Below, piece after piece: positions 1-8,580 of a DNA stretch of 64,000 nucleotides. Made by a program: the position numbers and the translations under genes. The notes beneath the pieces were generated by a model. It saw only the letters and a program-made list of their open reading frames with translations, was not told where the DNA came from and did no database searches. This DNA is from Planctomycetota bacterium (lineage in GTDB: Bacteria; Planctomycetota; B15-G4; JADJEK01): assembly GCA_044225365.1 (NCBI GenBank), contig JBGAIQ010000001.1:96001-160000 (forward strand), given 5' to 3'. The stretch's first letter is position 1. Every line of letters begins with the position of its first letter.

Positions 1-2
1 AC

Positions 3-629
3 CGATTCGCTTCCCTCGTCGTCGAAGCCCTGGTCGTCGCCGCCGTTGCTGCGGGCGTCGGTTACTTCGCCAACTCGCACAGCTCGAAAGGCCTCGACCT
101 CTCGAAGGACTACTTCTTCGTCGCTGCCAAACCGGAGAAACCCGCGACACCCACGGCCAACGGCAAGAAGGAACCGAGCGCCGCGACCGATCCCGAGGCC
201 GAGGCGGCGGCTCGTCTGAAGGCCGAGGGCATCGCGACGATCTCGCACGACGACGTCGTCAAGGACTTCGACGACGAGCTGTACCAGAAGTACGACGCGT
301 ATGCGTTCATCGACGCGCGCAACGACGCCAACTACGCCGATGGTCACATTCCCGGCGCGTGGCACTTCGATCCCTATCACGTCGAGCCGTACACCACGAC
401 CGTCGTGCCGCAGTGTCAGAACTCGGCGAAGGTCATCGTCTACTGCAATGGTGGGCAATGCGTCGACTCGGAGTTGGCCGCGCAGCACCTCGTCAACCTG
501 GGCGTGCCGAAGGCCTCGCTCTTCGTCTATCTCGGCGGGATCCAGGCCTGGAAGAAGGCCGGTCGTTCGGTGGAGAAGGGTGAACGCAAGAGCGGGAACC
601 TCGCGGTGGAGAAGCCCGATGACGGTTGA
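3..629 (+). CDS. Membrane-anchored rhodanese-domain protein (5' truncated by window edge)
   Basis: Frame 3 is open from base 3: hydrophobic helix (LVVEALVVAAVAAGVGYFAN), then IDAR..Y..GHIPGA and active-site loop VIVYCNGGQC. Confidence 0.85.
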   Translation, partial: RFASLVVEALVVAAVAAGVGYFANSHSSKGLDLSKDYFFVAAKPEKPATPTANGKKEPSAATDPEAEAAARLKAEGIATISHDDVVKDFDDELYQKYDAYAFIDARNDANYADGHIPGAWHFDPYHVEPYTTTVVPQCQNSAKVIVYCNGGQCVDSELAAQHLVNLGVPKASLFVYLGGIQAWKKAGRSVEKGERKSGNLAVEKPDDG

Positions 630-1125
630 TTCGAGCGCGACGGAAATCGGCCATCGCGGGATCGTGCCGTGGCTCGCGCTCGGAGCGCGGCTCGTCGTCG
701 GCATCGCATTCATCATGCTCGGCAGCAACAAGCTCGCCGATCCCGTCGCATTCCTGAAGGCGATCCGCGAGTACCACCTCGTTCCCGAGCAGCACTTCGT
801 CGTCGTCAATACGATCGCGGGTTTGCTGCCGTGGGCCGAGATCCTGCTCGGTGCGTTCCTCGTGCTCGGAATCGCGCGTCGTGGCAGCGCGCTCGTACTT
901 CTCGTGATGCTCGTCGCGTTCACGCTCGCGATCTATCAGCGATCCATCGCGATCGCCGCCGATCAGGCGATTCCATTCACGCAGGTGCGATTCGACTGCG
1001 GCTGCGGCAACGGTGTGGTGCAGGCGTCGAAGAAGCTCCTCGAGAATTCGCTGTTGATCGCGCTGTCCGTCTTCCTCGTCGTCTCGCGCGGGTCGCGGTG
1101 TGCGTGCCGCGACGTCCTTTTCTAG
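619..1125 (+). CDS. MauE/DoxX-family membrane protein
   Basis: ATG at 619; 4 TM helices, KLADP..F, LPWAEILLG, DCGCG motif. Confidence 0.85.
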   Translation: MTVDSSATEIGHRGIVPWLALGARLVVGIAFIMLGSNKLADPVAFLKAIREYHLVPEQHFVVVNTIAGLLPWAEILLGAFLVLGIARRGSALVLLVMLVAFTLAIYQRSIAIAADQAIPFTQVRFDCGCGNGVVQASKKLLENSLLIALSVFLVVSRGSRCACRDVLF

Positions 1126-2060
1126 CCACTCCGCCCTGATGCAGCGGCGAGGATCCTGCGCGGGGCGTCGCCGGCGCACGCGCTTGCGAATGCATCGCTG
1201 AACCCGAGCGCCCGCACGTTGCGGACGCAGTCGTCCTGGAGCACGATCGAGCCGGCAAGCGATCCCGCGGAGTTGCGGACGGCGCCGTTCTTCACGCGCA
1301 GCGTTTCGCCCCAGACTTCGTAGTCCCCTTCGGGCAAGCCCGCGGCCGGAATCGCATCGCTGATGAGCGCCACCTTGCCGGGCCCCTTGGTGCGCAGCAC
1401 GAGCTCGACCATCTTCGGATGGAGGTGCTGGAAGTCGGCGATGAGATCGACGGAGATCTCGCGCTCGAGCAGGCCGAAGCCGATCGGTCCCGGTTCGCGA
1501 TGATGGAGCGGACGCATCGCGTTGCAGAAATGTGTCATGTGTCGCGCGCCTGCTGCGAACGCGTGATCGAGGTCCTCGTGCGAGGCATCGGTGTGCCCGA
1601 TCGACACGAGCACTCCCTGCTTGCTGCAGGTGTCGATCAACTCCATGCCGCCCGGGATCTCCGGCGCGAGCGTGATCATGTGGTGGCCCGGGGTCGCGAA
1701 GAATCGATCGAGGATGCGTTTCGCCACGTCCTCGCGCGACAGATCGACGAAGCAGTCGGGATGCAGCGCGCCCGCTCTCTCGGGGGAGACGAAGGGGCCC
1801 TCGAGATGGATGCCGAGGGGAATCGCGCCGCGGCCGTCGCCTCTTCTTCGCGAAGCGATCCAAGCGCCGAGGCGATCGAGGACGCGTTCGAGTTCATCGA
1901 TCCGCAATGGGACGAGCGTGGGGAGGAACTCGCCGGTTCCGCGCTTCTCGAGCTCGCGAGCCATTCGATCGAGTTCGGGGACGTTTGCCGACACGATGTC
2001 GACGCCGTACGCGCCGTGGATGTGGAGGTCGAGGTAGTTCATGACGGATCCCTCGTTCAT
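1122..2060 (-). CDS. nagA: N-acetylglucosamine-6-phosphate deacetylase (short form)
   Basis: DLHIHG, GIHLEGPF, TLAPE, GHT, THFCNAM, ISDA, LAGS motifs. Confidence 0.92.
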   Translation of the reverse strand: MNEGSVMNYLDLHIHGAYGVDIVSANVPELDRMARELEKRGTGEFLPTLVPLRIDELERVLDRLGAWIASRRRGDGRGAIPLGIHLEGPFVSPERAGALHPDCFVDLSREDVAKRILDRFFATPGHHMITLAPEIPGGMELIDTCSKQGVLVSIGHTDASHEDLDHAFAAGARHMTHFCNAMRPLHHREPGPIGFGLLEREISVDLIADFQHLHPKMVELVLRTKGPGKVALISDAIPAAGLPEGDYEVWGETLRVKNGAVRNSAGSLAGSIVLQDDCVRNVRALGFSDAFASACAGDAPRRILAAASGRSG

Positions 2061-2912
2061 TCATGGCGCGATTCGAAGCGCGGCGTCGACCGACCCGCGG
2101 TGCCGTAGAAGGTGCGACCTCGCTGCTTCCGGGTCGAGTCGATGACGAGCACAAACGAGCGCGACGGGCAGGTCGAATCCAACGCATTCGAGCGTGCGTC
2201 GCGCGTCCGTGTCGATGGCTCCCGTGAGGTCCCTCACGATCCGCACGGCGCGTTCGCGCAGCTTCGCGTTCGTCGGCTTCATCGCGACCATTTCGCCGCG
2301 GTGGATGAGGCCGAGCTGCTGCATCACCGTCGTCGACAGGGCCTGGAGCACGAGTTTCTGCGCCGTGCCGGCTTTCATTCGCGTCGATCCCTTCAGCACC
2401 TCGTCACCGGTCACCACGGTGATCCCGATCTTCGCCTCGCGCGCGAGTGGGGAGTTGGCCGTACAGGAGAATCCGATCGTGAGCGCCCCGATGCGAAGGC
2501 CCTCGCGCAAAGCCCCCAGGGCGTACGGAGTGGTCCCGGACGCGGCGAGCGAAAGCAGTGCATCGCTTGCCGCGAAGCCGTGCTTCGCAAGTCTCTCGGC
2601 TGCGGCGTTCGGGTCGTCCTCCGCGCCCTCGATCGCCTCGGTGAAGGCGCGATCGCCGCCCGCGATGAGGGCGATCACGCGATCGCCTCCGACGCCAAAC
2701 GTTGGCAGGAGTTCGGCGGCGTCGAGGACCGCGAGGCGTCCGCTCGTGCCGGCGCCCGCGTAGAACAGGCGTCCGCCGTCCCGCATGCGATCGGCGATCG
2801 CAATGGCGGCTTCCGCGATCTTCGGCAGGGCCATGCGAACGGGGTCGATCACAGTTCGATCGGCGGCATGGATCGACTCGACGAAGGCAAGAGCATCGGT
2901 GGGTTCGTTCAT
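2061..2912 (-). CDS. murQ: N-acetylmuramic acid 6-phosphate etherase
   Basis: GAGTSGRLAVLDAAE..PTFG, EGAED, GSTRMKAGTAQKLVL. Confidence 0.95.
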   Translation of the reverse strand: MNEPTDALAFVESIHAADRTVIDPVRMALPKIAEAAIAIADRMRDGGRLFYAGAGTSGRLAVLDAAELLPTFGVGGDRVIALIAGGDRAFTEAIEGAEDDPNAAAERLAKHGFAASDALLSLAASGTTPYALGALREGLRIGALTIGFSCTANSPLAREAKIGITVVTGDEVLKGSTRMKAGTAQKLVLQALSTTVMQQLGLIHRGEMVAMKPTNAKLRERAVRIVRDLTGAIDTDARRTLECVGFDLPVALVCARHRLDPEAARSHLLRHRGSVDAALRIAP

Positions 2913-2940
2913 CGTGCGGAGCCCCGGGTCGGGTTCTGGG

Positions 2941-3909
2941 TCATTGCGGCGTCATCTCGAGAACGGCCCATGCCGGGATCTGTCTCCAGCGCACGAAGCG
3001 ACACCGCGGCGCGTCGTTTCGCAAGGCCTTCCGCAGCGCGTTCGTGACGATGGGGACGTTTTCGACGACGCCACCAAAGCTACAGACCGTCATCGGTTCA
3101 TGCTTCGAGTCCGCCAGTTGCGATGCGACAGCCGCAACGAGTTCGCCGAGCGCCGCGCCCGCCGCGCGCAGGATGCTCCGAGCCACCCGATCTCCGTGCG
3201 CCGAGCACTCGACCACGAGGGGCGCGATCGCGCCGAGGCTGCTGGCTCGCTCGGCCGCGCGATGCGCTGCGACGCGAAATCCGGCGCGATCGCATTTCAA
3301 CGCGGCGAGGACCGCCGCTTCCAGCCGAGTCTTCGGACCCCGGCGATCGAGCGCGCGGGACACCGCGGAGAGCGCTTGCTTTCCGATCCACGATGCCGAA
3401 CCCTCGTCACCGAGTCGAAAGCCGTAGCCGCCCGCACGGACGATGCGCCGACCATCGGTCCCGATCGCGATCGAGCCGGTGCCGGCGATGAGCGCGATGT
3501 AGGCGTCGTAAGGGGAGGCGAGGCCGGTCGCTGCGAGCGCGACTTCGGCGTCGGAGGTGACGAACACTTCGCACTGCGGGAATCGCGATTCGATCGCACG
3601 TTGGACGGCTCGCCGCGTCGGAAGATCGCCGAGCCCCGCGGCGCCGATCGCGATGCGACGGGTCGAGCGCACCGTCACTGCGGCATCTCGCATCGCGCTT
3701 CGAATCGTGTTCGAGAGGTTCTTCACCGCGAGCGCGAGGCCGACGCCGTGGACGTTCGCCGCTCCACCCTCGGCGGATCCAACGACACGGCCACCGACGC
3801 GCCGCACGAGCGCGCGCGTTCGGGTTCCGCCGGCGTCGACACCCACCTCGAACGGGGGGAGTCGGACCGGCGATCGCGGATTCGCTTCGGGAAGTCGGAG
3901 CTTGCGCAT
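2941..3909 (-). CDS. BadF/BadG/BcrA/BcrD-type N-acetylhexosamine kinase (MurK/NagK-like)
   Basis: GVDAGGTRT, IAGTGSIA, RAGGYG..LGDEGSA; upstream of murQ-nagA. Confidence 0.85.
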   Translation of the reverse strand: MRKLRLPEANPRSPVRLPPFEVGVDAGGTRTRALVRRVGGRVVGSAEGGAANVHGVGLALAVKNLSNTIRSAMRDAAVTVRSTRRIAIGAAGLGDLPTRRAVQRAIESRFPQCEVFVTSDAEVALAATGLASPYDAYIALIAGTGSIAIGTDGRRIVRAGGYGFRLGDEGSASWIGKQALSAVSRALDRRGPKTRLEAAVLAALKCDRAGFRVAAHRAAERASSLGAIAPLVVECSAHGDRVARSILRAAGAALGELVAAVASQLADSKHEPMTVCSFGGVVENVPIVTNALRKALRNDAPRCRFVRWRQIPAWAVLEMTPQ

Positions 3910-3942
3910 CGGCCGTACTCTACAATCCCGCCGCTGTCGCGA

Positions 3943-4040
3943 GGGAGCGGATGGCGGCTGGTGTCGCCCCCGGTCTTCAAAGCCGTGTGCGGGGTCCCTT
4001 CGGGGCTTCGGGTGGGTTCGATTCCCATGCGCTCCCGCCA
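3943..4040 (+). tRNA. selC: tRNA-Sec (anticodon UCA)
   Basis: Long acceptor arm GGGAGCG/CGCTCCC-GCCA, 6-bp D stem GGCGGC-TGGT-GTCGCC, loop CTTCAAA, long variable arm, T arm GTGGG-TTCGATT-CCCAT. Confidence 0.95.
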
Positions 4041-4064
4041 TCCTCGTCGGCGGACCGCGCCCTC

Positions 4065-5510
4065 CTACTTTCCGAATCGTTTCTTGAGGATCAGTCGCAG
4101 CATCTTCGTCGCGGTCTTCGCGAGCTGACGGAACCCCGCGGAGTGCTTCGATTCGCCGGCGATGCGCGGATAGTACGAGACGGGGATCTCGATCACGCGG
4201 CGATGCTGGCGCAACACTTCGATCATCAGTTCGGGAGAGAACTCGGGCCCGACGCCGACGAGTCGTGGCCGGATCTTCTCGTAGACCTCGCGCCAGATGG
4301 CGCGGTAGGTGCATCCGACATCGGTGAAGCGTGGCTCCTGTGCCCACCAGAGCGCCTCGATGAGCTTGCCGACGATCACGTTCGCCCACCGGACGATGCC
4401 CTTCATGTTGGTGCCCTGCTCGACCATCTGACGCGTCGTGCGCGTACCGATGACCATGTCGGCGTCCTTCATGAATTCGAGCAGCTTGCCGAGATCCTTG
4501 CTGCGGAAGGAGTGATCGGCCTCGATGAGGACGATGATCTCACCCGTCGCTTGATCCATGCCGTGACGCAATGCGTCGCCGTAGCCTCGCAATTTCTTCG
4601 AGAAGACCTTGGCTCCAAGCTTGCGCGCGATGTCGCCCGTTCCGTCGGTGGACTCGTTGTCGGCGACGACGACCTCCGCGACGTGTGGGAGGAAGTCCTT
4701 GATCACGGTGCCGATCGAGCCCGCTTCGTTCCAGGCCGGGATGACGACGCTCACTCGATAGCGGCCGTACTCGCCGCTGCGGACCAGGTAGTTCGCGTAG
4801 TTCTGATCCTCGACCGAGTTGATGTTGAAGTAGTTGCCGGTGAGGTGGAAGGCGCGAACGGGTTTGCCTTCGTTCGCGAGGGTCGCGATCGCATCGGTGA
4901 GCTCGATGCGTCCACTGCGCGCCGAAGGCGGCGTGCGATCGATCGCGTCGAAGATCGACGGACGAAACACGTAGGTGCCGCAACCGAGGAGTTTGCCGGC
5001 GACGTCGGTGGGTTTCTCCTCGACTCCGACGATCCGGTCGCCGTCGAGGCGCACCGAGTAGTTCTTCATGATCTTGCGCGGATCGTCGGTCGTCGTCACC
5101 GCGCAGACGGCCTCCCAGGGCTCGGTGGGTGGGAGCAGGTCGCGATGATTGGAGTCGAGGTAGAGTTCGTCGCCCAGAACGGAGACGAACGGCTCGTGGA
5201 CGAGGTCGCGAGCGAGTTGGAGACCGCGCGCGAGGCCGATCCCAGGATCCGTCACTTCGACGAAGCGAACCTTCACGCCGAGGTTGGAACCGTCGCCGAG
5301 CGTCTCCCGGATCTGCTCACCGAGGTGACCGATGAGCACGATGAAGTCGCGGATGCCGAGCTGATCGCGCAGGATCTCGATGTTGCGGACGAGAAGGGGC
5401 TTTCCCGCGACCTCGAGCAGTACCTTGGGGATGTGGATCGTCCTCGGGTACGCACGGACCCCGCGCCCTGCGGCAGGGAGCACGGCCAGGCGCACGGGAG
5501 TCACGGTCAT
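4065..5510 (-). CDS. Fusion of sugar-phosphate nucleotidyltransferase and DPM1-like GT2 glycosyltransferase
   Basis: N-half LPAAGRGVR..PK, EEKP, ELTDAI; C-half VSVVIPAWNEA, DNESTDGT, EAD, TDVGC, EIPVSY.PR.GESK. Confidence 0.88.
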   Translation of the reverse strand: MTVTPVRLAVLPAAGRGVRAYPRTIHIPKVLLEVAGKPLLVRNIEILRDQLGIRDFIVLIGHLGEQIRETLGDGSNLGVKVRFVEVTDPGIGLARGLQLARDLVHEPFVSVLGDELYLDSNHRDLLPPTEPWEAVCAVTTTDDPRKIMKNYSVRLDGDRIVGVEEKPTDVAGKLLGCGTYVFRPSIFDAIDRTPPSARSGRIELTDAIATLANEGKPVRAFHLTGNYFNINSVEDQNYANYLVRSGEYGRYRVSVVIPAWNEAGSIGTVIKDFLPHVAEVVVADNESTDGTGDIARKLGAKVFSKKLRGYGDALRHGMDQATGEIIVLIEADHSFRSKDLGKLLEFMKDADMVIGTRTTRQMVEQGTNMKGIVRWANVIVGKLIEALWWAQEPRFTDVGCTYRAIWREVYEKIRPRLVGVGPEFSPELMIEVLRQHRRVIEIPVSYYPRIAGESKHSAGFRQLAKTATKMLRLILKKRFGK

Positions 5511-5641
5511 CTTGGTCCTCGGGGCGATTGCGGTCGTCGAAGCGGGAGCAGGTGAAGGGCAGAGAGCGTAAGAGGCGAAGCTCGCGAGACAAGATCGATC
5601 AAGACGCAGTCGCGACCGTAGTTCGGAGGAGTCCGAAGTGC

Positions 5642-5683
5642 AAAAAAGAATCGGCCGGACTCCCCGACGAGTCCGGCCGATTC
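5642..5683 (-). terminator. Intrinsic terminator
   Basis: Perfect 15-bp stem GAATCGGCCGGACTC/GAGTCCGGCCGATTC, 6-nt loop, followed by TTTTTT on the minus strand. Confidence 0.85.
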
Positions 5684-5687
5684 GACC

Positions 5688-5838
5688 GTGAGGTCTCTCC
5701 GAAAGAGCTCCGGTTCCAGTCCCACCCAGCAGGACTGGCAACCGAGGCTCCCCTGAACCCTGCATTCAGCGATCCGGGTCCCGACACCTAGATCACGTCA
5801 TTCAGGAGGATTCGGTGTTCCTTCCGAGCTTCCTCGCG
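5688..5838 (-). ncRNA. Structured ncRNA, probably 6S RNA-like
   Basis: Rod-like fold GAGG/CCTC, CTCGGAAGGA/TCTTTCGGAG, CCTGAAT/GTTCAGG; G-U pairs favour the minus strand; own terminator; GGGTTCAGGGG resembles the 6S 3' element. Confidence 0.55.
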
Positions 5839-6207
5839 AAGCCCGAAATCCTTGGCAAGAGATACTAAACACGCGCTGTGCCAATCGATCCTCGCCGTGG
5901 GCGCCCGCCAGCGAAGCGATCGCAAAGATTTGCGGAGTAGGGACTTGTGCGCACGTTGCCGCACCGCCGGTCAGCAGTGGAGGCAGTGCACCGTGACGTT
6001 GCGTGCACGATCGTTCCAGGCGAACATTCGGCGAACATCATTAACGACATATTCCATAGCTGTATAGGGCGATTGCACGGTCGTGCACGTCACGCGCCCG
6101 AGACGGCTTCCGAGGCCGCTCACCGCCACCGCGCCGCTCCACGGCTCGAGCCTCGGCCTTCGGATTCCTGCTCTACCCAGGGCGCGTCCCGTCTACGATC
6201 CCGCCCC

Positions 6208-8559
6208 GTGGAAGCACCCCCCTTCGTTTCCTCGTTGTCCCTCGACTCGCCATTGCGATCGACGCGTCTTCGTGGGTTGATCCTGTCGCTCGCAGGCATC
6301 CTCCAGCTCCACTGCGCGACGCAGCGTCACGAGCTCCCGGCTGTGACTCCGCTCGCACGCGAGCGATTCGATGCGGGTCTGGGAGCCGAGCGTGACGGAC
6401 GCGAGGAAGACGCGCTCGCGGCCTATCGCGACGCGATCGTCGACTCACCCGGTTTCGTCGATGCGCACCGTGCCTACCAAAACCTCCGGCTCGCGCAGGG
6501 ATTCCGCGGATCGCTGCTGCAAGAGTATCGCGCTCGTCTCGCGCAGGCCCCGGAGGACGCAATCAACGTCTACCTGTACGGGCGACTTCGCAGCGATATC
6601 GATCTCGAGAGGGACGCGTGCGCGCGCGCCGTCGAGATCGCGCCCGATCTCTACTTCGGGTGGGTGGGTCTCGGCTACACCGAGCTCGAGCGTGGTCGAG
6701 CACCGGCAGCGCGGCAAGCGTTCGAAACGGCGATCGAGCTCGATCCGAGGCGACCTGAAGCGTATCGCGGCCGGTTGCGGCTTCTCTCCCGAACCCTCTC
6801 CAAGGAGGCTGCGCAACTCGCGGAGAAGGTCGCGCACTTCCTTCGCGATCTCGATGCCTCGGAGGCGGACGCGAGGCGAGTGTTGATCGAGGCGGCGATC
6901 GCGGATCGGCGACATTCCGATGCGATCGAGGAAGCGGTCGACTTCGCGGTGAAGGTGAAGTCCGATGATGCCGCATCGCTCCTCACGCAAGTCCTCGATC
7001 GCTACGGCAACCCGGCCGACTTCGACTATGCGCGAAACGTCGTGCTCGCGACCGCGATTCGTCCGGCGCTCTCGTACGAGTGGACCCTGCTCGCGGCGAC
7101 GATCGAACAGCGGTGCGGGCATTCCCACGAGGCGCTCGCCTGCATCGAGGCGGCCGACGAATCGGTGCGAGCGCGCCGCGACATCGTATGGCTTCGACGC
7201 GAACTGCTCCTGACCGAAGGACGCCTCGACGACGCGCTCGCGGATGTGATCACGGATCGCTTCGGTGCTGGATTCGATCTCGGGAATACCCGTGCGGAGT
7301 CCGAACTCCGAGCCCTTCGGGAGCGACCGCTCGCCACACTGCGCGGCTCCGCGGCCGTCGAAGCCGTCGATCGACTCCTGCGCGCGGGTCTCGTCGACCT
7401 CGGGGCTGCGTGTGCGACGGCGATCCTCGCCGAAGAACCGAAGAACTCGCGGCTGCGCGAACTCCGGCTCGAAGCCGAGGGCCATCGGAGGTTCATTGCA
7501 GAGATCGCTCGTTGGTTCGAGCGCGTGTACCGGGGCGAGAAGGGTTTCGACGGAGCTACTCTCGACGATTTCCTCGTCGCGGCGCGCCGGATGTCGAACG
7601 AGTGTCTCGGCCGCGATGTCGTCGAGCCCGTCGTGCGTCGCGAGTACTTTCCGATCGGCGTCTTCCTCGACCCTGATCCTACGCACGGGGGCGGCCTTGC
7701 GCAGTATCTCGATCGATTCGGCGAATTCCTCGTCGCCGGGCAACGGACGTGGGGCGGCGTCGACGGTTATTTGCTGCGCGAGATCGCGAAGAGCCGACCG
7801 ACCATCGACGATCACGAAGTCTTGCGCGTGATCGGCGAGGATCTCGAGATCCCGTCGCGCATCGAGTCCAGCGGCGGCCAGATCGCGGGGTTCGCCCTCG
7901 AGACGTTCATCGTGCTCAATGTCGATCGAGCGCGCGAAGCTGCAATGCGAACGAGTGCTTCGTACGAGGCGCGAACGACGCTCCTCCCGGCGCTTCTCGA
8001 CGATGCGATCGATCCCGCGAATTCGGCGAGCGAACGGTTGGCACTGAACGAGCCGAGTTCGGTCGTGCTCCGGACGTGGTTACGATCCTATCGGGATCAT
8101 CTCGCGCGCGGAGGAACGAAGGATGACTACGCAGGTCTCGTGCTCGACGCGATCGAGGCACACGAGCGCACGCATATCCACGACGCACACGAATTCCTGC
8201 CTCTGCTCATGAACGTCCCGTCGAAGCTCTCGATCCTGTGGCGGAACAGTTTCTCCGCCGGCAATATCGAGGCTTGGCTCGAAGGGCGCGCGCAAGCGGG
8301 TGCGCTGGTGGGCGCGCGCGACCCGCGGATCGCGCTCGCCGAAGCGCTTCGGGATCTGCCGAGCCGCAATGTCGCACCGCCTCATTCTGTCGGGTACTAC
8401 GAGGTGGCGGCGAACCTCGTGCGACAGGTCGATGAGAACGCCAGTGAGTTCGCCGAGATCGATCGGCAGCGAGTCGTGGTGCAACAACTCGATCGACTGT
8501 CGGAAGAGGAATTGAGGAACCTGGGACGACGTCTCGTTCGCTGCGATCTCACACCCTGA
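6208..8559 (+). CDS. TPR protein with C-terminal HExxH zincin-like motif, possibly exported (start uncertain)
   Basis: N-terminal hydrophobic stretch ending in Cys; TPR motifs; AHERTH followed by downstream Glu (EAWLEGRA). Confidence 0.75.
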   Translation: MEAPPFVSSLSLDSPLRSTRLRGLILSLAGILQLHCATQRHELPAVTPLARERFDAGLGAERDGREEDALAAYRDAIVDSPGFVDAHRAYQNLRLAQGFRGSLLQEYRARLAQAPEDAINVYLYGRLRSDIDLERDACARAVEIAPDLYFGWVGLGYTELERGRAPAARQAFETAIELDPRRPEAYRGRLRLLSRTLSKEAAQLAEKVAHFLRDLDASEADARRVLIEAAIADRRHSDAIEEAVDFAVKVKSDDAASLLTQVLDRYGNPADFDYARNVVLATAIRPALSYEWTLLAATIEQRCGHSHEALACIEAADESVRARRDIVWLRRELLLTEGRLDDALADVITDRFGAGFDLGNTRAESELRALRERPLATLRGSAAVEAVDRLLRAGLVDLGAACATAILAEEPKNSRLRELRLEAEGHRRFIAEIARWFERVYRGEKGFDGATLDDFLVAARRMSNECLGRDVVEPVVRREYFPIGVFLDPDPTHGGGLAQYLDRFGEFLVAGQRTWGGVDGYLLREIAKSRPTIDDHEVLRVIGEDLEIPSRIESSGGQIAGFALETFIVLNVDRAREAAMRTSASYEARTTLLPALLDDAIDPANSASERLALNEPSSVVLRTWLRSYRDHLARGGTKDDYAGLVLDAIEAHERTHIHDAHEFLPLLMNVPSKLSILWRNSFSAGNIEAWLEGRAQAGALVGARDPRIALAEALRDLPSRNVAPPHSVGYYEVAANLVRQVDENASEFAEIDRQRVVVQQLDRLSEEELRNLGRRLVRCDLTP

Positions 8560-8580
8560 TCGCGCGGAATGAATGCGATG

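Noticed and set aside
3943-5640. selC as integration site of a genomic island
   Set aside because: No integrase, no duplicated tRNA 3' end and no visible compositional shift.
5690-5835. SRP RNA or c-di-AMP riboswitch identity for the ncRNA
   Set aside because: Lacks the SRP CAGG…GNRA…GCAG domain IV and the ydaO CAGCUAAC-type 3' motif.
5868-5884. Sigma54 promoter (minus-strand TGGCAC) upstream of the ncRNA
   Set aside because: The -12 element reads GTGT rather than TTGC; insufficient.
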